Origin: an uncultured delta proteobacterium
Lineage (GTDB): Bacteria > Myxococcota_A > Polyangia > Polyangiales > Houyiibacteriaceae
Direction: 5' to 3'
DNA length: 64,000 nt
Assembly: GCA_963699755.1 (NCBI GenBank)
Contig: CAVOVB010000004.1
Span: 32,001-96,000 of the forward strand
The translations under genes were made by a program, and so were the position numbers. Of the stretch, positions 9,461 through 18,901 are shown in pieces. Position 1 is the stretch's first letter. Each line of letters begins with the position of its first letter. Below the pieces are notes generated by a model. The model saw nothing but the letters and a program-made list of their open reading frames with translations. It had not been told where the DNA came from and made no database searches.

Positions 9461-9541
9461 GCCGCTCTATCGACGGTTGCTCAACCTGGGTGCGGTTGCT
9501 CGCCGTTCTATCGACGGTTGCTCAACCTGGGTGCGGTTGCT
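9461..9541 (+). repeat. Tandem duplication of a 40-bp unit (period 41), each unit holding a REP-like hairpin
   Basis: GCCGYTCTATCGACGGTTGCTCAACCTGGGTGCGGTTGCT at 9461-9500 and 9502-9541, one mismatch. Confidence 0.92.
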
Positions 9542-9592
9542 GTTAGTATCTGGTCGGCGCGATTCGCCGAAGTCGCGCATCTGGGCCGGAGC

Positions 9593-10687
9593 TCAGCGGA
9601 GCGCTTCTTCAAGCGCGCCGAGGCAGAGCTGGACGTGGCGCGGTGTCGCCGAGGCGCCCATCAGGCCGATGCGCCAGGCCTTGCCTTTGAAGTCCCCGAG
9701 GCCCCCGCCGATTTCGAGACCGTAGTCCGCAAGGAGCTTCGCGCGCACTGTGCGATCGTCGATACCTTCTGGGACCCGAACCACAGTGAGGGGAGGGAGT
9801 CGGACGTTTTCGGCGACCGGAAGGTCCAGGCCCAGCGATTCCAGGCCTTGGCGAAGCGCCTCTGCTTGCTCACAGTGACGCGCGTACCGAGCCTTGAGCC
9901 CTTCTTCGAGCACGACTCGAAGGGCTTCGTGCAGCGCGAAGATCATGTTCACCGGCGCCGTGTGGTGATAGACACGCTCGCCGCCGAAGTACTGGCCAAG
10001 TAGGTTCAAGTCGAAGTACCAGCTTTGGACCGGTGTCCTGCGCGTCGAGAAGACTACTCGCGCGCGCTCGGAAAACGAAACTGGTGAAAGTCCCGGTGGG
10101 CATGAAAGACACTTCTGCGTGCCGGAGTAGACCGCGTCGATCCCCATCTGGTCGACCTCCACCGCGACACCGCCGAGGGACGTGACCGCATCCACGAGCA
10201 GCAACGCGCCACACGAATCTGCAATCGCGCGAAAGGGACTGAGATCCTGAAGCACACCGGTCGAGGTTTCGGCGTGCACGATGGCAAGCACTTTGAATGA
10301 GCTCTTCTTCGCCACCCTCGCAACCTCGTCCGGATCGATGGCTTGCCCAAAGGGCGCATCGACGAGGGTAACCGCGGCGCCACAGCGTCTTGCCACTTCA
10401 GCCATGCGCCCACCGAAGACACCGTGCCGACAGATCAGCGCCTGGTCACCAGTTTCGAGTAGGTTCACGAAGCAGGTCTCCATGCCCGCTGAGCCCGTCC
10501 CTGAGATCGGGAGCGTCAGCGCGTTCTCCGTTCCGAACACCTGCCGAAGCATGGTCTGCGTTTCGTCCAGGACTTGCAAAAAGATGGGGTCCAGATGCCC
10601 GATCGTGGGCCGCGAGAGCGCGTCCAACACTCGGGCAGGAACGTCAGAAGGTCCTGGTCCCATCAACACTCGTTGAGTCGGAGTCAT
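9593..10687 (-). CDS. Alanine-glyoxylate/serine-pyruvate aminotransferase (class V PLP)
   Basis: [48 protein letters not shown]. Confidence 0.93.
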   Translation of the reverse strand: MTPTQRVLMGPGPSDVPARVLDALSRPTIGHLDPIFLQVLDETQTMLRQVFGTENALTLPISGTGSAGMETCFVNLLETGDQALICRHGVFGGRMAEVARRCGAAVTLVDAPFGQAIDPDEVARVAKKSSFKVLAIVHAETSTGVLQDLSPFRAIADSCGALLLVDAVTSLGGVAVEVDQMGIDAVYSGTQKCLSCPPGLSPVSFSERARVVFSTRRTPVQSWYFDLNLLGQYFGGERVYHHTAPVNMIFALHEALRVVLEEGLKARYARHCEQAEALRQGLESLGLDLPVAENVRLPPLTVVRVPEGIDDRTVRAKLLADYGLEIGGGLGDFKGKAWRIGLMGASATPRHVQLCLGALEEALR

Positions 10688-10791
10688 TTGGGCACAATAC
10701 AAGAGAAAACCCCTCGAAAAAGACCTTTCCGAAGGGTTCATCTCACGACGAAGGGCAACGAGCCCGTTTTCAAAGGGCTAATGAAGCGTTC

Positions 10792-11442
10792 CTAGCTCAG
10801 CCTTCGGTAGACGCCCACCACGACACCGAGCACCTGTGTGGTCCGCCAGTCGTTCTTGGGAATGAGAATCGGCGCCATGGCCTTGTTGGCAGGCTCGAGA
10901 CGGACGTGCTCGCGCTCTGGGAAGTAGTACTTGCACGTGGCTTCGTCGCCGACGAGGGCGATGATGATCTCGCCGCGGTTCGCGGTGAGTTGCTTGCGTA
11001 CGAAGACGAAGTCTCCGTCGAAGATACCGGCCTCGATCATCGATTCGCCGTTGACGCGAAGGCCGAAGACGTCGCGCTGGCCGCCGATGAGCATCCGGTC
11101 GATTTGAACCGTGTCCTCTGAATCCTCGATGGCCTCGCTCAGTGCGCCCGCCGCGACGCGGCCGATGATCGGAATCGAGACGAGGTCGTCATTCGAGCCA
11201 GGTGGGCGGCTGCTGGGCCGGCCATCCGGGGTCTTCATGAGACGAAGGGTCCGGGACTTCATGTCCTCGCGGGTGAGGTAACCCTTGCGCTCGAGGGCAC
11301 GCAGGTGATCGTTCACTCCATTTGTGCTCCGAATGCCCAGATGATTGCCGATTTCACGAAGCGTGGGTGGATACCCTCGCGAGTGAATCGAGTCCGAAAT
11401 GTACTCAAGCACCGCCTTCTGGCGCGCTGTTAGCTTATGCAT
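10792..11442 (-). CDS. lexA: SOS repressor LexA
   Basis: GYPPTLREIG HTH, Ala-Gly cleavage site GRVAAG, catalytic Ser GESM and Lys EATCK. Confidence 0.96.
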   Translation of the reverse strand: MHKLTARQKAVLEYISDSIHSRGYPPTLREIGNHLGIRSTNGVNDHLRALERKGYLTREDMKSRTLRLMKTPDGRPSSRPPGSNDDLVSIPIIGRVAAGALSEAIEDSEDTVQIDRMLIGGQRDVFGLRVNGESMIEAGIFDGDFVFVRKQLTANRGEIIIALVGDEATCKYYFPEREHVRLEPANKAMAPILIPKNDWRTTQVLGVVVGVYRRLS

Positions 11443-11537
11443 GCTTTCCCCCGCTCGCATCTCTCACCGCCTTCTCGTTAGCCTCTTAGCCTCAATCGCT
11501 GCACAAATGTCCCCTGCAATGCTGAGCAGGTGGGATA

Positions 11538-11566
11538 AAGGTACATATTGTCGCCAATCTTGTCAA
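11538..11566 (-). promoter_or_regulatory. Sigma70-type promoter of lexA
   Basis: Minus strand TTGACA-17 nt-TACCTT. Confidence 0.65.
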
Positions 11567-11592
11567 AGAAGCGGCGATCTGTGCAGGCCTGC

Positions 11593-12633
11593 TCAGTTGA
11601 ACCCGCCTGAACCATCGTCTGAAGAGCTCGGTTCGACCGGCTCCTCGCTCACTTCGGGTCGGCGTGCGGCGCTGCTCAACGCTCCTGAGATGGCAGCGAA
11701 CGGCGAGAAGCCCAGCAAGCCCTCAAGACCCTTTCCGTCGGTGAGGCCACGCCAGAAACCCTGAGCGATGCCCACGAGCTCCTCCGGCTCCAGCTGTTCG
11801 AGCGCGTGGAACGCGAGCTGGGTCGCGCCTCCGAGCACGTCGAGGCCGAGGCCGGCCGCTGCGTAGGCAGGCAGCGGATGAACGATCAGCGCGCGAGTCG
11901 CGTAGGCCATCGCCCAGTCGCCAGCGTGCCTGCCGCTCAGCAAGGCCTTGGCTTGGGAGCGCTCCATGAAGATACCGACGTGAATTGGGCCGAGCTCTCG
12001 TTCGATTGCCCGGGTGAGCACGCGCTGATCGCGACGCCAGGCCCCGCCAAGCGGACCCGCCCACTGTGAGATCGCGCCTGGCCCGGCGAAGACATCGAAG
12101 CTGCCTGCATTGCGTCGAAGCACCGCGCCGGTCCAAAGCGCGCCATCCTCGAAGACGCCGAGCACGACGCTCGTCCCATTCGGAACGAGGAAGTCGATCG
12201 CGGGTTTGGCCGCTGGCGCTGCCGCGAGCAGAAGATCGGGGAGGGGGTTCGGCCATACCCGAATCCAGTTTCCATTGCCGAGCTCCCTCAAGACATGCAC
12301 GAAGCGCATGACTCTAGCCACGAAGTCCTGATCAGGGTCCAGCGGTTCGGCGAGGTAGCCGCCGAGCTCGGCCATGGCGCGTTCGCGCATGAGGATACAG
12401 GCACCAGCCGAGGTCGCCTCGCAGAGCGCGCGGAGGTCGTTCAAGGGCGGAAGGGTGGCGGGGTCGAGCGAGCCTCTGGCCGTATGAAAGCACGCCGCCG
12501 CGCGTCGATCGGCGTCTACCACGACGATGAGCACCCCGCCCGCGTCATGGCTGTCTTCTCCGAGGAATAGGGAGACCAGCCGATTCCAGTAGGCGTCGTC
12601 GAAGCCGTAAAAGGCGAAGTCCTCGCTGATCAC
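11593..12633 (-). CDS. Hypothetical protein
   Basis: 346-aa ORF with protein-like composition, co-oriented with neighbours. No motif recognised. Confidence 0.75.
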   Translation of the reverse strand: MISEDFAFYGFDDAYWNRLVSLFLGEDSHDAGGVLIVVVDADRRAAACFHTARGSLDPATLPPLNDLRALCEATSAGACILMRERAMAELGGYLAEPLDPDQDFVARVMRFVHVLRELGNGNWIRVWPNPLPDLLLAAAPAAKPAIDFLVPNGTSVVLGVFEDGALWTGAVLRRNAGSFDVFAGPGAISQWAGPLGGAWRRDQRVLTRAIERELGPIHVGIFMERSQAKALLSGRHAGDWAMAYATRALIVHPLPAYAAAGLGLDVLGGATQLAFHALEQLEPEELVGIAQGFWRGLTDGKGLEGLLGFSPFAAISGALSSAARRPEVSEEPVEPSSSDDGSGGFN

Positions 12634-12650
12634 CTGCCGACTCTACCACG

Positions 12651-15209
12651 CTACTGCCATTGCAGCGTAGCCACAGCAGCCGGGTAGGCGTCGACCATCA
12701 AGTAGACGCGGAGGCTGCTCGGCACCTCTGCGACGTCGCTCAGGTCCAGGGAGACCGTTTGCACGGTCCCCGTCCTAGGCGCGTGTGCGGTTGCCTCGGT
12801 GTAGTTGAGGCCGATGGGGCCTCCGTCGGCGGCGTTCAGAATGAGGAGGCCGAAGTTGTGCGCGTCGCTCTGCAATGAGGTGCCCGTCAAGGTGGCCAGC
12901 ACTTGGTTCCCATCCTGCGCAAACGCGACGGCGCCAATTCCTGCGGGTGCGCTTTGGGTGCCATCTTCCCCGAAGGGCCCGAGCTCGGCGCCGCCCACGG
13001 CATCGAGCAGACCCGTATCGACATTGCAGAAGCCGAGGATCTCCAGGAACACACCATAGTCGGTGATTTGATCACAGATCGTCTTGGCATTGAGCGACGG
13101 GCTGCGCAGCGCATTGCCGTCCGCGTCGAGCGTGCCGGCTACGCGGAAGTACTGGAAAGGGAGCGGAAAACCGTTGAACTCGATCGTGAAGCCCTCTTTG
13201 TTGATCATGGTCAGAAGGCCGTCGTCCCAAAGGAGCTCTAGGGGGAAACGAACCTCTGAGCTCGGGTTGACGACGGTGTTTCCTTCTGCGTCGAGCGTGC
13301 CGCCTACGCCCCAACCAATGTACTTGCCCTCAGCGCCCTCGACGATGCCGATCACGTAGTGAATGGAATCGAAGCCGATCTGGTTGTAACTTGGAAGGAT
13401 CGTCGGTAGCGGCGCGGAGATTCGGTAGAGCTCGACGATGCCGGTTTCCTCGCCAGGCGCCTCTGCCACTGGGAAGGGGAACCCCGTGGTGCTCCGCGGA
13501 GGGATGTCGAAGGCGAAGGTCTCGTCGAACGAGCCGCCCAGACCGGGAGTGAACATGAACACCAGCCCTTTGCGATCCTCCAACTGGTCGAGGTACTTGC
13601 CCTTGACCCGAACTTCGATGCGCCCGCCTTGGTCGCCGACCCAGTGCTCCTCCGGGATTACCGTGACGTAGCGGCTGTCACCCGAGACATCCGCAAGAAC
13701 CTCCGCGGCGGTGCCAACCGTCGTGACCTCCAAGCTCTTGGGGTCGATGGCCGTGAGCTTCGTGTTGCCATCTTCCCGGACGAGCAAGGTGAAGGTGAGC
13801 GGTTGGTTCGCCCAGATCTCGGTCGGGGGCTCGATCTCGAGCCCTCCAAAGCTCGTAGTGAACACCATGAACACACCGTTGTCGGGAAGTGGCTCTCCGG
13901 GGCCACGCGTGCAGCGCTGATCCTTGAGACCAGGCCGCAGGCAATAGTCGTACGGCAAGGCGAAGACCTCACCCGTTTCGCCGGAAAGCACGACGAACTC
14001 CTTGCCGAGTGCAGGCGACGAGTTCAGGTCATCCCGTTGGTCGTCGATCAGCTGAATCGACCAGCGAAGTGTGCCGTCGCGGTTCAAAACGAACATCTGC
14101 CCCTCGCCGGAGCCGACGTAGATGTTGCCGTCACCGTCGATCGCGGGCGAGGAGCGGATCGGCTCACCGGTGTCGTAGGCCCAGACCAACGAGCCATCCG
14201 CCGGATCGATCGCGTAGATCGTTCCGTCTGCGGAGGGCTGGATGATCGTTCCATCCTCGGCTTGCGCCGGACTTGCATAAATGTGGTCGCGCGCGCCGTA
14301 GCTCCACTGCTCGATGCCATCGCTCTGGCGCATGCCATAAAGGAAGCCGTCGAAGCTGCCCACGGCGAGCAGCGCATCAGCGCCGGTCCCGGCCAGCATC
14401 GGACTGGCGGCGACCGTGCCCCGCGTCAGGAAGCCCCAGACCAGGTCCCCTGCCTCGGCTCCGATCCCGAAGACGGTCGGCAAGAATGGGAAGTTGCTGC
14501 CCATGTAGAGGCGATTAGTCTCTGGATTGAGCGCGGGAAGCGACCAGGTCTGATCGCGCGTGACGAAACACCACGAATCACTGCGATCATCTCGCTCGAT
14601 CCCGTAGGTGCAGCGGTTGTCGTTTGGCACGTAGAGGGTGCCATCCAAGCCCATCGCGACATTGCCCTCGAACCAGTTGATCAAGGCATCGTTCAGCGAG
14701 GGGGGATCGGCTTCGAAGGTCCAAAGCACCGTGCCGTCTTCGCGATCGAGCGCATAGAGGAGACCATCACCTGAGCCGAAGTACACGACACCGCGGTCGT
14801 CGAGCAACGCGGAAGAATCGATGACCTCGCCGGTGCGTACGGACCAAAGCTCGTTGCCGTTCCCGTCGAGCTTGTAGAAGACGCGGTCGCCGGAGCCGAC
14901 GTAGACGTTGTTCTCGCCGTCGATCACCGCCGTGGAGAAGACGCCTTTCCCCGTCTGGAAGACCCAGGGGTCCGCTCCGTTGTCGATCGGCAAGATGGGG
15001 CTTCGGCCCGTTTGCATCACATCTCGGCGGAACTTCGGCCAAGGGCTCGCGCTGTCCATCGGCACTGCGTAATCGAACTCTTCGATCTGGCTCCGTGGCT
15101 CCGATGCATTATCGGTGCAGCCCGGCAGAGCAGCAGCGAGGAGGAGCAACGCGCCAAATACCGATCCACGCCGCGACGAGTCTGCATTCACGAGAGCCGC
15201 CTCCTTCAC
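12651..15209 (-). CDS. PQQ-like beta-propeller repeat lipoprotein with large C-terminal domain
   Basis: Lipobox ALPGC, WPKFRRD...TGRS, repeated SSPA/VYVGS.DG.LYAL.....G...W motifs. Confidence 0.85.
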   Translation of the reverse strand: MKEAALVNADSSRRGSVFGALLLLAAALPGCTDNASEPRSQIEEFDYAVPMDSASPWPKFRRDVMQTGRSPILPIDNGADPWVFQTGKGVFSTAVIDGENNVYVGSGDRVFYKLDGNGNELWSVRTGEVIDSSALLDDRGVVYFGSGDGLLYALDREDGTVLWTFEADPPSLNDALINWFEGNVAMGLDGTLYVPNDNRCTYGIERDDRSDSWCFVTRDQTWSLPALNPETNRLYMGSNFPFLPTVFGIGAEAGDLVWGFLTRGTVAASPMLAGTGADALLAVGSFDGFLYGMRQSDGIEQWSYGARDHIYASPAQAEDGTIIQPSADGTIYAIDPADGSLVWAYDTGEPIRSSPAIDGDGNIYVGSGEGQMFVLNRDGTLRWSIQLIDDQRDDLNSSPALGKEFVVLSGETGEVFALPYDYCLRPGLKDQRCTRGPGEPLPDNGVFMVFTTSFGGLEIEPPTEIWANQPLTFTLLVREDGNTKLTAIDPKSLEVTTVGTAAEVLADVSGDSRYVTVIPEEHWVGDQGGRIEVRVKGKYLDQLEDRKGLVFMFTPGLGGSFDETFAFDIPPRSTTGFPFPVAEAPGEETGIVELYRISAPLPTILPSYNQIGFDSIHYVIGIVEGAEGKYIGWGVGGTLDAEGNTVVNPSSEVRFPLELLWDDGLLTMINKEGFTIEFNGFPLPFQYFRVAGTLDADGNALRSPSLNAKTICDQITDYGVFLEILGFCNVDTGLLDAVGGAELGPFGEDGTQSAPAGIGAVAFAQDGNQVLATLTGTSLQSDAHNFGLLILNAADGGPIGLNYTEATAHAPRTGTVQTVSLDLSDVAEVPSSLRVYLMVDAYPAAVATLQWQ

Positions 15210-15322
15210 CGAGTGCGACGTTAGGCACGTCTTGCTCGGTGGTCAACCGAGTTCACTAGCGAATGCGCCCACGTCCCACGCAAACCTTGCGCCTGCGCCA
15301 GCTTCTCGTCTACAAGGCAAGC

Positions 15323-15703
15323 GTGAGCTTCGTTTGGGTCGCAATTGGAGGAGCCGCTGGGTCCTGTCTTCGGTACTGGGTCTCTTTGCTGCTCGGGCCC
15401 GTTAGCGCGGCGCACGGGTTTCCATGGTCGACATTTGCCGTCAACGCGCTTGGCTCGCTCGGCCTCGGCATGGTGTTCGTGCTCGCCGAGGACCGCTCCT
15501 GGTTTGGCACGGACCTGCGATTGCTCCTGGGAACCGGCGTCATGGGCGGTTTCACGACCTATTCTGCGTTCAATCTGGAGAGCGTTGGGCTCATGCAGAA
15601 CGAGGCATGGGGCCGGGCCGCCCTGTACATGGCCGGGACGTTCGTGATCTGTCTCGTCTCCGGCGGGGTCGGCCTGATCATCGGACGCGCGCTTCGGGGC
15701 TAG
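15323..15703 (+). CDS. crcB: Fluoride efflux channel Fluc/CrcB
   Basis: VAIGGAAGSCLRY, FPWSTFAVNALGS, GTGVMGGFTTYSAF. GTG start inferred. Confidence 0.93.
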   Translation: MSFVWVAIGGAAGSCLRYWVSLLLGPVSAAHGFPWSTFAVNALGSLGLGMVFVLAEDRSWFGTDLRLLLGTGVMGGFTTYSAFNLESVGLMQNEAWGRAALYMAGTFVICLVSGGVGLIIGRALRG

Positions 15704-15704
15704 C

Positions 15705-17348
15705 TCAGGGCTCGGGCTTGCCGAGCAACCAGATGCGTGCGCTGTGAGCGAGCGCGTACAGGGCGCTCAGCGCTAGGGCAAGGCCGCCGAGCCAATAGCT
15801 TTCCTGCGAAAGCAGGATCGCGCCAGCGATGGTCAGCGAGCCGACGACCAGCCCGCTGAATGCCCGCCGGCCGAGACGATCCGCGGCGGACTCGAGCTGC
15901 GTTTGCTGTGTGCGAACGCTGAATGAGCCCTTGCGAAGGTCGTCGAGAATCTCTTCGAGCTGCAGCGGCATCTCCGTGGTGGCCGCGCCTAGGCGGCGCA
16001 GGCCCCGGAGCGCGTCCTGGGTCACGCGCTCGGGGGAATAGCGCTGCTGGAAGAGGTCTATGAAGTAAGGGCGCACCTCTTCGAGAAGGTCGAGCTCCGG
16101 GTAGATCTCTTTGCCGACTCCTTCGACCGTCATGAGGCTCTTGCCGAGCATGAGAAACTCCGACGGAATCTCGACGCCGAACTTTCGCGAACCCATCACG
16201 AGATCGCGGAGCAAGGACCCAAGCTCGATTTCCTTCAGTCGCTTTCCTAGGTAGCGCTGCGCCAAGGTAGCGACCTCCGCCTCGTACGCTTCGCGGTTGA
16301 TCTTATGGATCGGTCGGCCGATCGCGTAGAGCGCGTCCGCGATGCCGCTGTAGTCCTCGCGCACTGCCGCCACCATCAGGTCGATGGTCCGGTCTCGCAT
16401 CTTGGGTGAGAGCCGTCCGACCATACCAACGTCGATCATGCCGATCACGGGTTCCTCGTTCGTTCCGAGAATGATGATGTTTCCCGGATGTGGATCGGCG
16501 TGAAAAAATCCGTCTTCGAAGATCTGCTGGATGATGATCTCGATCGCACGCTTTGCCATCAGCTCGCCGCTGACTCCGGCGCGCAGCGCCGCGTACACCT
16601 TTCGCCCTTCGAGGTACTCGAGCGTCAGTACCCTCTTTGCGCTGGCGCTCCGGTAGACCTTCGGAAACTTGGCATGTGGATTCCGCCGAAAATTCTCGGT
16701 GAAGCGCTCGTGGTTATCAGCCTCGAGCGAGAAGTCGAGCTCCGCCGCAACCGAGCGATCGAACTCTTCCACCAGGCTGATCGGCCGATACAAATGCGAC
16801 TCCGGCATCGAGCGGACGATGGCCTTGGCAAGCCAATAGAGAAGGTCGACGTCGCGCGCCATCAATGTCTGGACATTCGGGCGCTGGACTTTGACGACCA
16901 CTTCTGGGCACTCCTCGCCATCGCGGAGGCGCGCCCCATGGACTTGCGCAATTGAAGCAGAGGCGAGCGGGGCCTCATCAAACGATTCGTAGACCTCGGC
17001 CAGCGGGCAGCTGAGCTCGCGCTCGACTTGCTCGCGGATCGCTTCGAACGGCTCCGGGGGGACCGCGTCCTGGAGCTTCTTGAGCTCGACGAGAATGTCC
17101 TCGGGGATCAGGTCGGGCCGCGTCGACATGATTTGCCCCAGCTTGACGAAAGAGGGGCCGAGGTCCTCCAAGACCTTCCGAAGGCGAATGCCCGCCGGCA
17201 TCCGTGCACCGTCACCGCGTTTGCGGCCGGGGATCAGGGTGCTGAGCCCGGTGCGCTCCACCACCTCGCCGAATCCATGGACGGCCAAGACGCCGGCAAT
17301 CTGCCGCAGACGCTCGAGGTCGCGAACCGTGGTCAGAATAGAAGCCAT
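15705..17348 (-). CDS. UbiB/ABC1 (AarF) atypical protein kinase
   Basis: LGPSFVKLGQ.MSTRPD, ASASIAQVH, VVKVQRP, FFHADPHPGN, C-terminal TM helices. Confidence 0.93.
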   Translation of the reverse strand: MASILTTVRDLERLRQIAGVLAVHGFGEVVERTGLSTLIPGRKRGDGARMPAGIRLRKVLEDLGPSFVKLGQIMSTRPDLIPEDILVELKKLQDAVPPEPFEAIREQVERELSCPLAEVYESFDEAPLASASIAQVHGARLRDGEECPEVVVKVQRPNVQTLMARDVDLLYWLAKAIVRSMPESHLYRPISLVEEFDRSVAAELDFSLEADNHERFTENFRRNPHAKFPKVYRSASAKRVLTLEYLEGRKVYAALRAGVSGELMAKRAIEIIIQQIFEDGFFHADPHPGNIIILGTNEEPVIGMIDVGMVGRLSPKMRDRTIDLMVAAVREDYSGIADALYAIGRPIHKINREAYEAEVATLAQRYLGKRLKEIELGSLLRDLVMGSRKFGVEIPSEFLMLGKSLMTVEGVGKEIYPELDLLEEVRPYFIDLFQQRYSPERVTQDALRGLRRLGAATTEMPLQLEEILDDLRKGSFSVRTQQTQLESAADRLGRRAFSGLVVGSLTIAGAILLSQESYWLGGLALALSALYALAHSARIWLLGKPEP

Positions 17349-17541
17349 GAGCGGCGCAGCGTAGCACCTGGGCGCTAGCGTGCGGCCGCCGAGGAGCAGC
17401 ACCAAAGCGGCATCGCAGGCCGGGTCGAGTTGGATCGAGTCTAGTTCACGCCTCCACGTTCGTATTTACGGCCACGAAACAAATCAGAAATAATCGGGGG
17501 GTACACCCACTTGCATAGGCGGTTCTCGTTGGGCTGCTTGA

Positions 17542-17895
<354 letters not shown>

Positions 17896-17915
17896 GTCGA
17901 TTTCGCATCCTCTAT

Positions 17916-17954
17916 GCGCCCCGTCGGTGCCGGGCCGGCGGGGCGCTCGTATTT
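17916..17954 (+). terminator. Probable intrinsic terminator after glnB
   Basis: 12-bp GC stem GCGCCCCGTCGG/CCGGCGGGGCGC followed by TCGTATTT (weak U tract). Confidence 0.45.
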
Positions 17955-17991
17955 GCGGTCCGGCCCCAGCGCCCGTCACTATCTCCCAGGT

Positions 17992-18021
17992 TTGACGTGC
18001 TGTTGTTCAGTCAGATACCAT
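17992..18021 (+). promoter_or_regulatory. Sigma70-type promoter of psd
   Basis: TTGACG-18 nt-TACCAT, ~20 bp before the ATG. Confidence 0.55.
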
Positions 18022-18040
18022 TTCTGAACTGCACCGGTAC

Positions 18041-18901
18041 ATGGGGATGAGTGCTTCACGATTGGCTGCGCAAACGGTCCGTGTTCTACCGCGCAAGCGG
18101 CTGAGCAGGGCGCTGGGCCGGATAGCGTCGTCCAGGGCACCACGGCCGCTAGTCGATGCAGCGGTCGGCGCCTTCATCCGCATTTATGATGTCGACATGA
18201 GCGAGGTGGACCTGCCCGATGGGGGCTTCCGCACGTTCGATGACTTTTTCACCCGCACGCTGCTCGAGGGAGCGAGGCCAATCGACCCCGATCCCGCGGC
18301 CCTGGTGTCCCCTGCAGACGGACGGATCGAGGATCTCGGTGAAATTACGGCCGAGGGCGAGATCATCGTGAAGGGGCAGCCCTATACGGCTGAGGCGGTC
18401 CTTGGGGACGAGGACGCGGCCAGGCTGTACGAGGGAGGTCACTATTTCATCGTCTACCTTTCGCCCCGCGACTACCATCGCGTACACGCTCCGACCTGCG
18501 GAAGCGTGCAGTGCATGCGGTACGTTCCGGGCAGTTTGTTCCCGGTAAACCGAATTGGGACCCAGTTCATCCCTCAGCTTTTCGCAAGAAACGAACGTCT
18601 TGCTATTGTGCAAGAGAGCGTTGTGCACGGAACCGTGACGACGATCATGGTGGGAGCAATAGGGGTGGGACGCATCGGCGTGAGCTTTGATGATGTGCAG
18701 ACCAACCGGGGGGACACTCCGGGTCTGCGGAGCTATACGGATTCGCCGATTCCGCTTGATCGCGGCGACGAGCTCGGTGTGTTCCACATGGGCTCGACCG
18801 CGATCGTGATGACGCCGCCAGCGTGTCCGCTCGATCTCAGGGCGCAGGCCGGTTCATCGATTCGGATGGGCGAGGTCATGGCCAAAGGGGAACGGCCGTG
18901 A
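18041..18901 (+). CDS. psd: Phosphatidylserine decarboxylase proenzyme
   Basis: FDDFFTR.L..GARP, SPADG, YLSPRDYHRVHAP, LFARNER, pyruvoyl cleavage motif F.MGST. Confidence 0.95.
   Translation: MGMSASRLAAQTVRVLPRKRLSRALGRIASSRAPRPLVDAAVGAFIRIYDVDMSEVDLPDGGFRTFDDFFTRTLLEGARPIDPDPAALVSPADGRIEDLGEITAEGEIIVKGQPYTAEAVLGDEDAARLYEGGHYFIVYLSPRDYHRVHAPTCGSVQCMRYVPGSLFPVNRIGTQFIPQLFARNERLAIVQESVVHGTVTTIMVGAIGVGRIGVSFDDVQTNRGDTPGLRSYTDSPIPLDRGDELGVFHMGSTAIVMTPPACPLDLRAQAGSSIRMGEVMAKGERP

Noticed and set aside
9461..9541. CRISPR array
   Set aside because: Only two adjacent copies, no spacers and no cas genes.
15210..15322. Fluoride riboswitch expected before crcB
   Set aside because: No GAUG-containing consensus was found in the short intergenic region.
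17500..17515. Sigma54 promoter before glnB (GGTACACCCACTTGCA)
   Set aside because: GG-to-GC spacing is 11 rather than the required 10.
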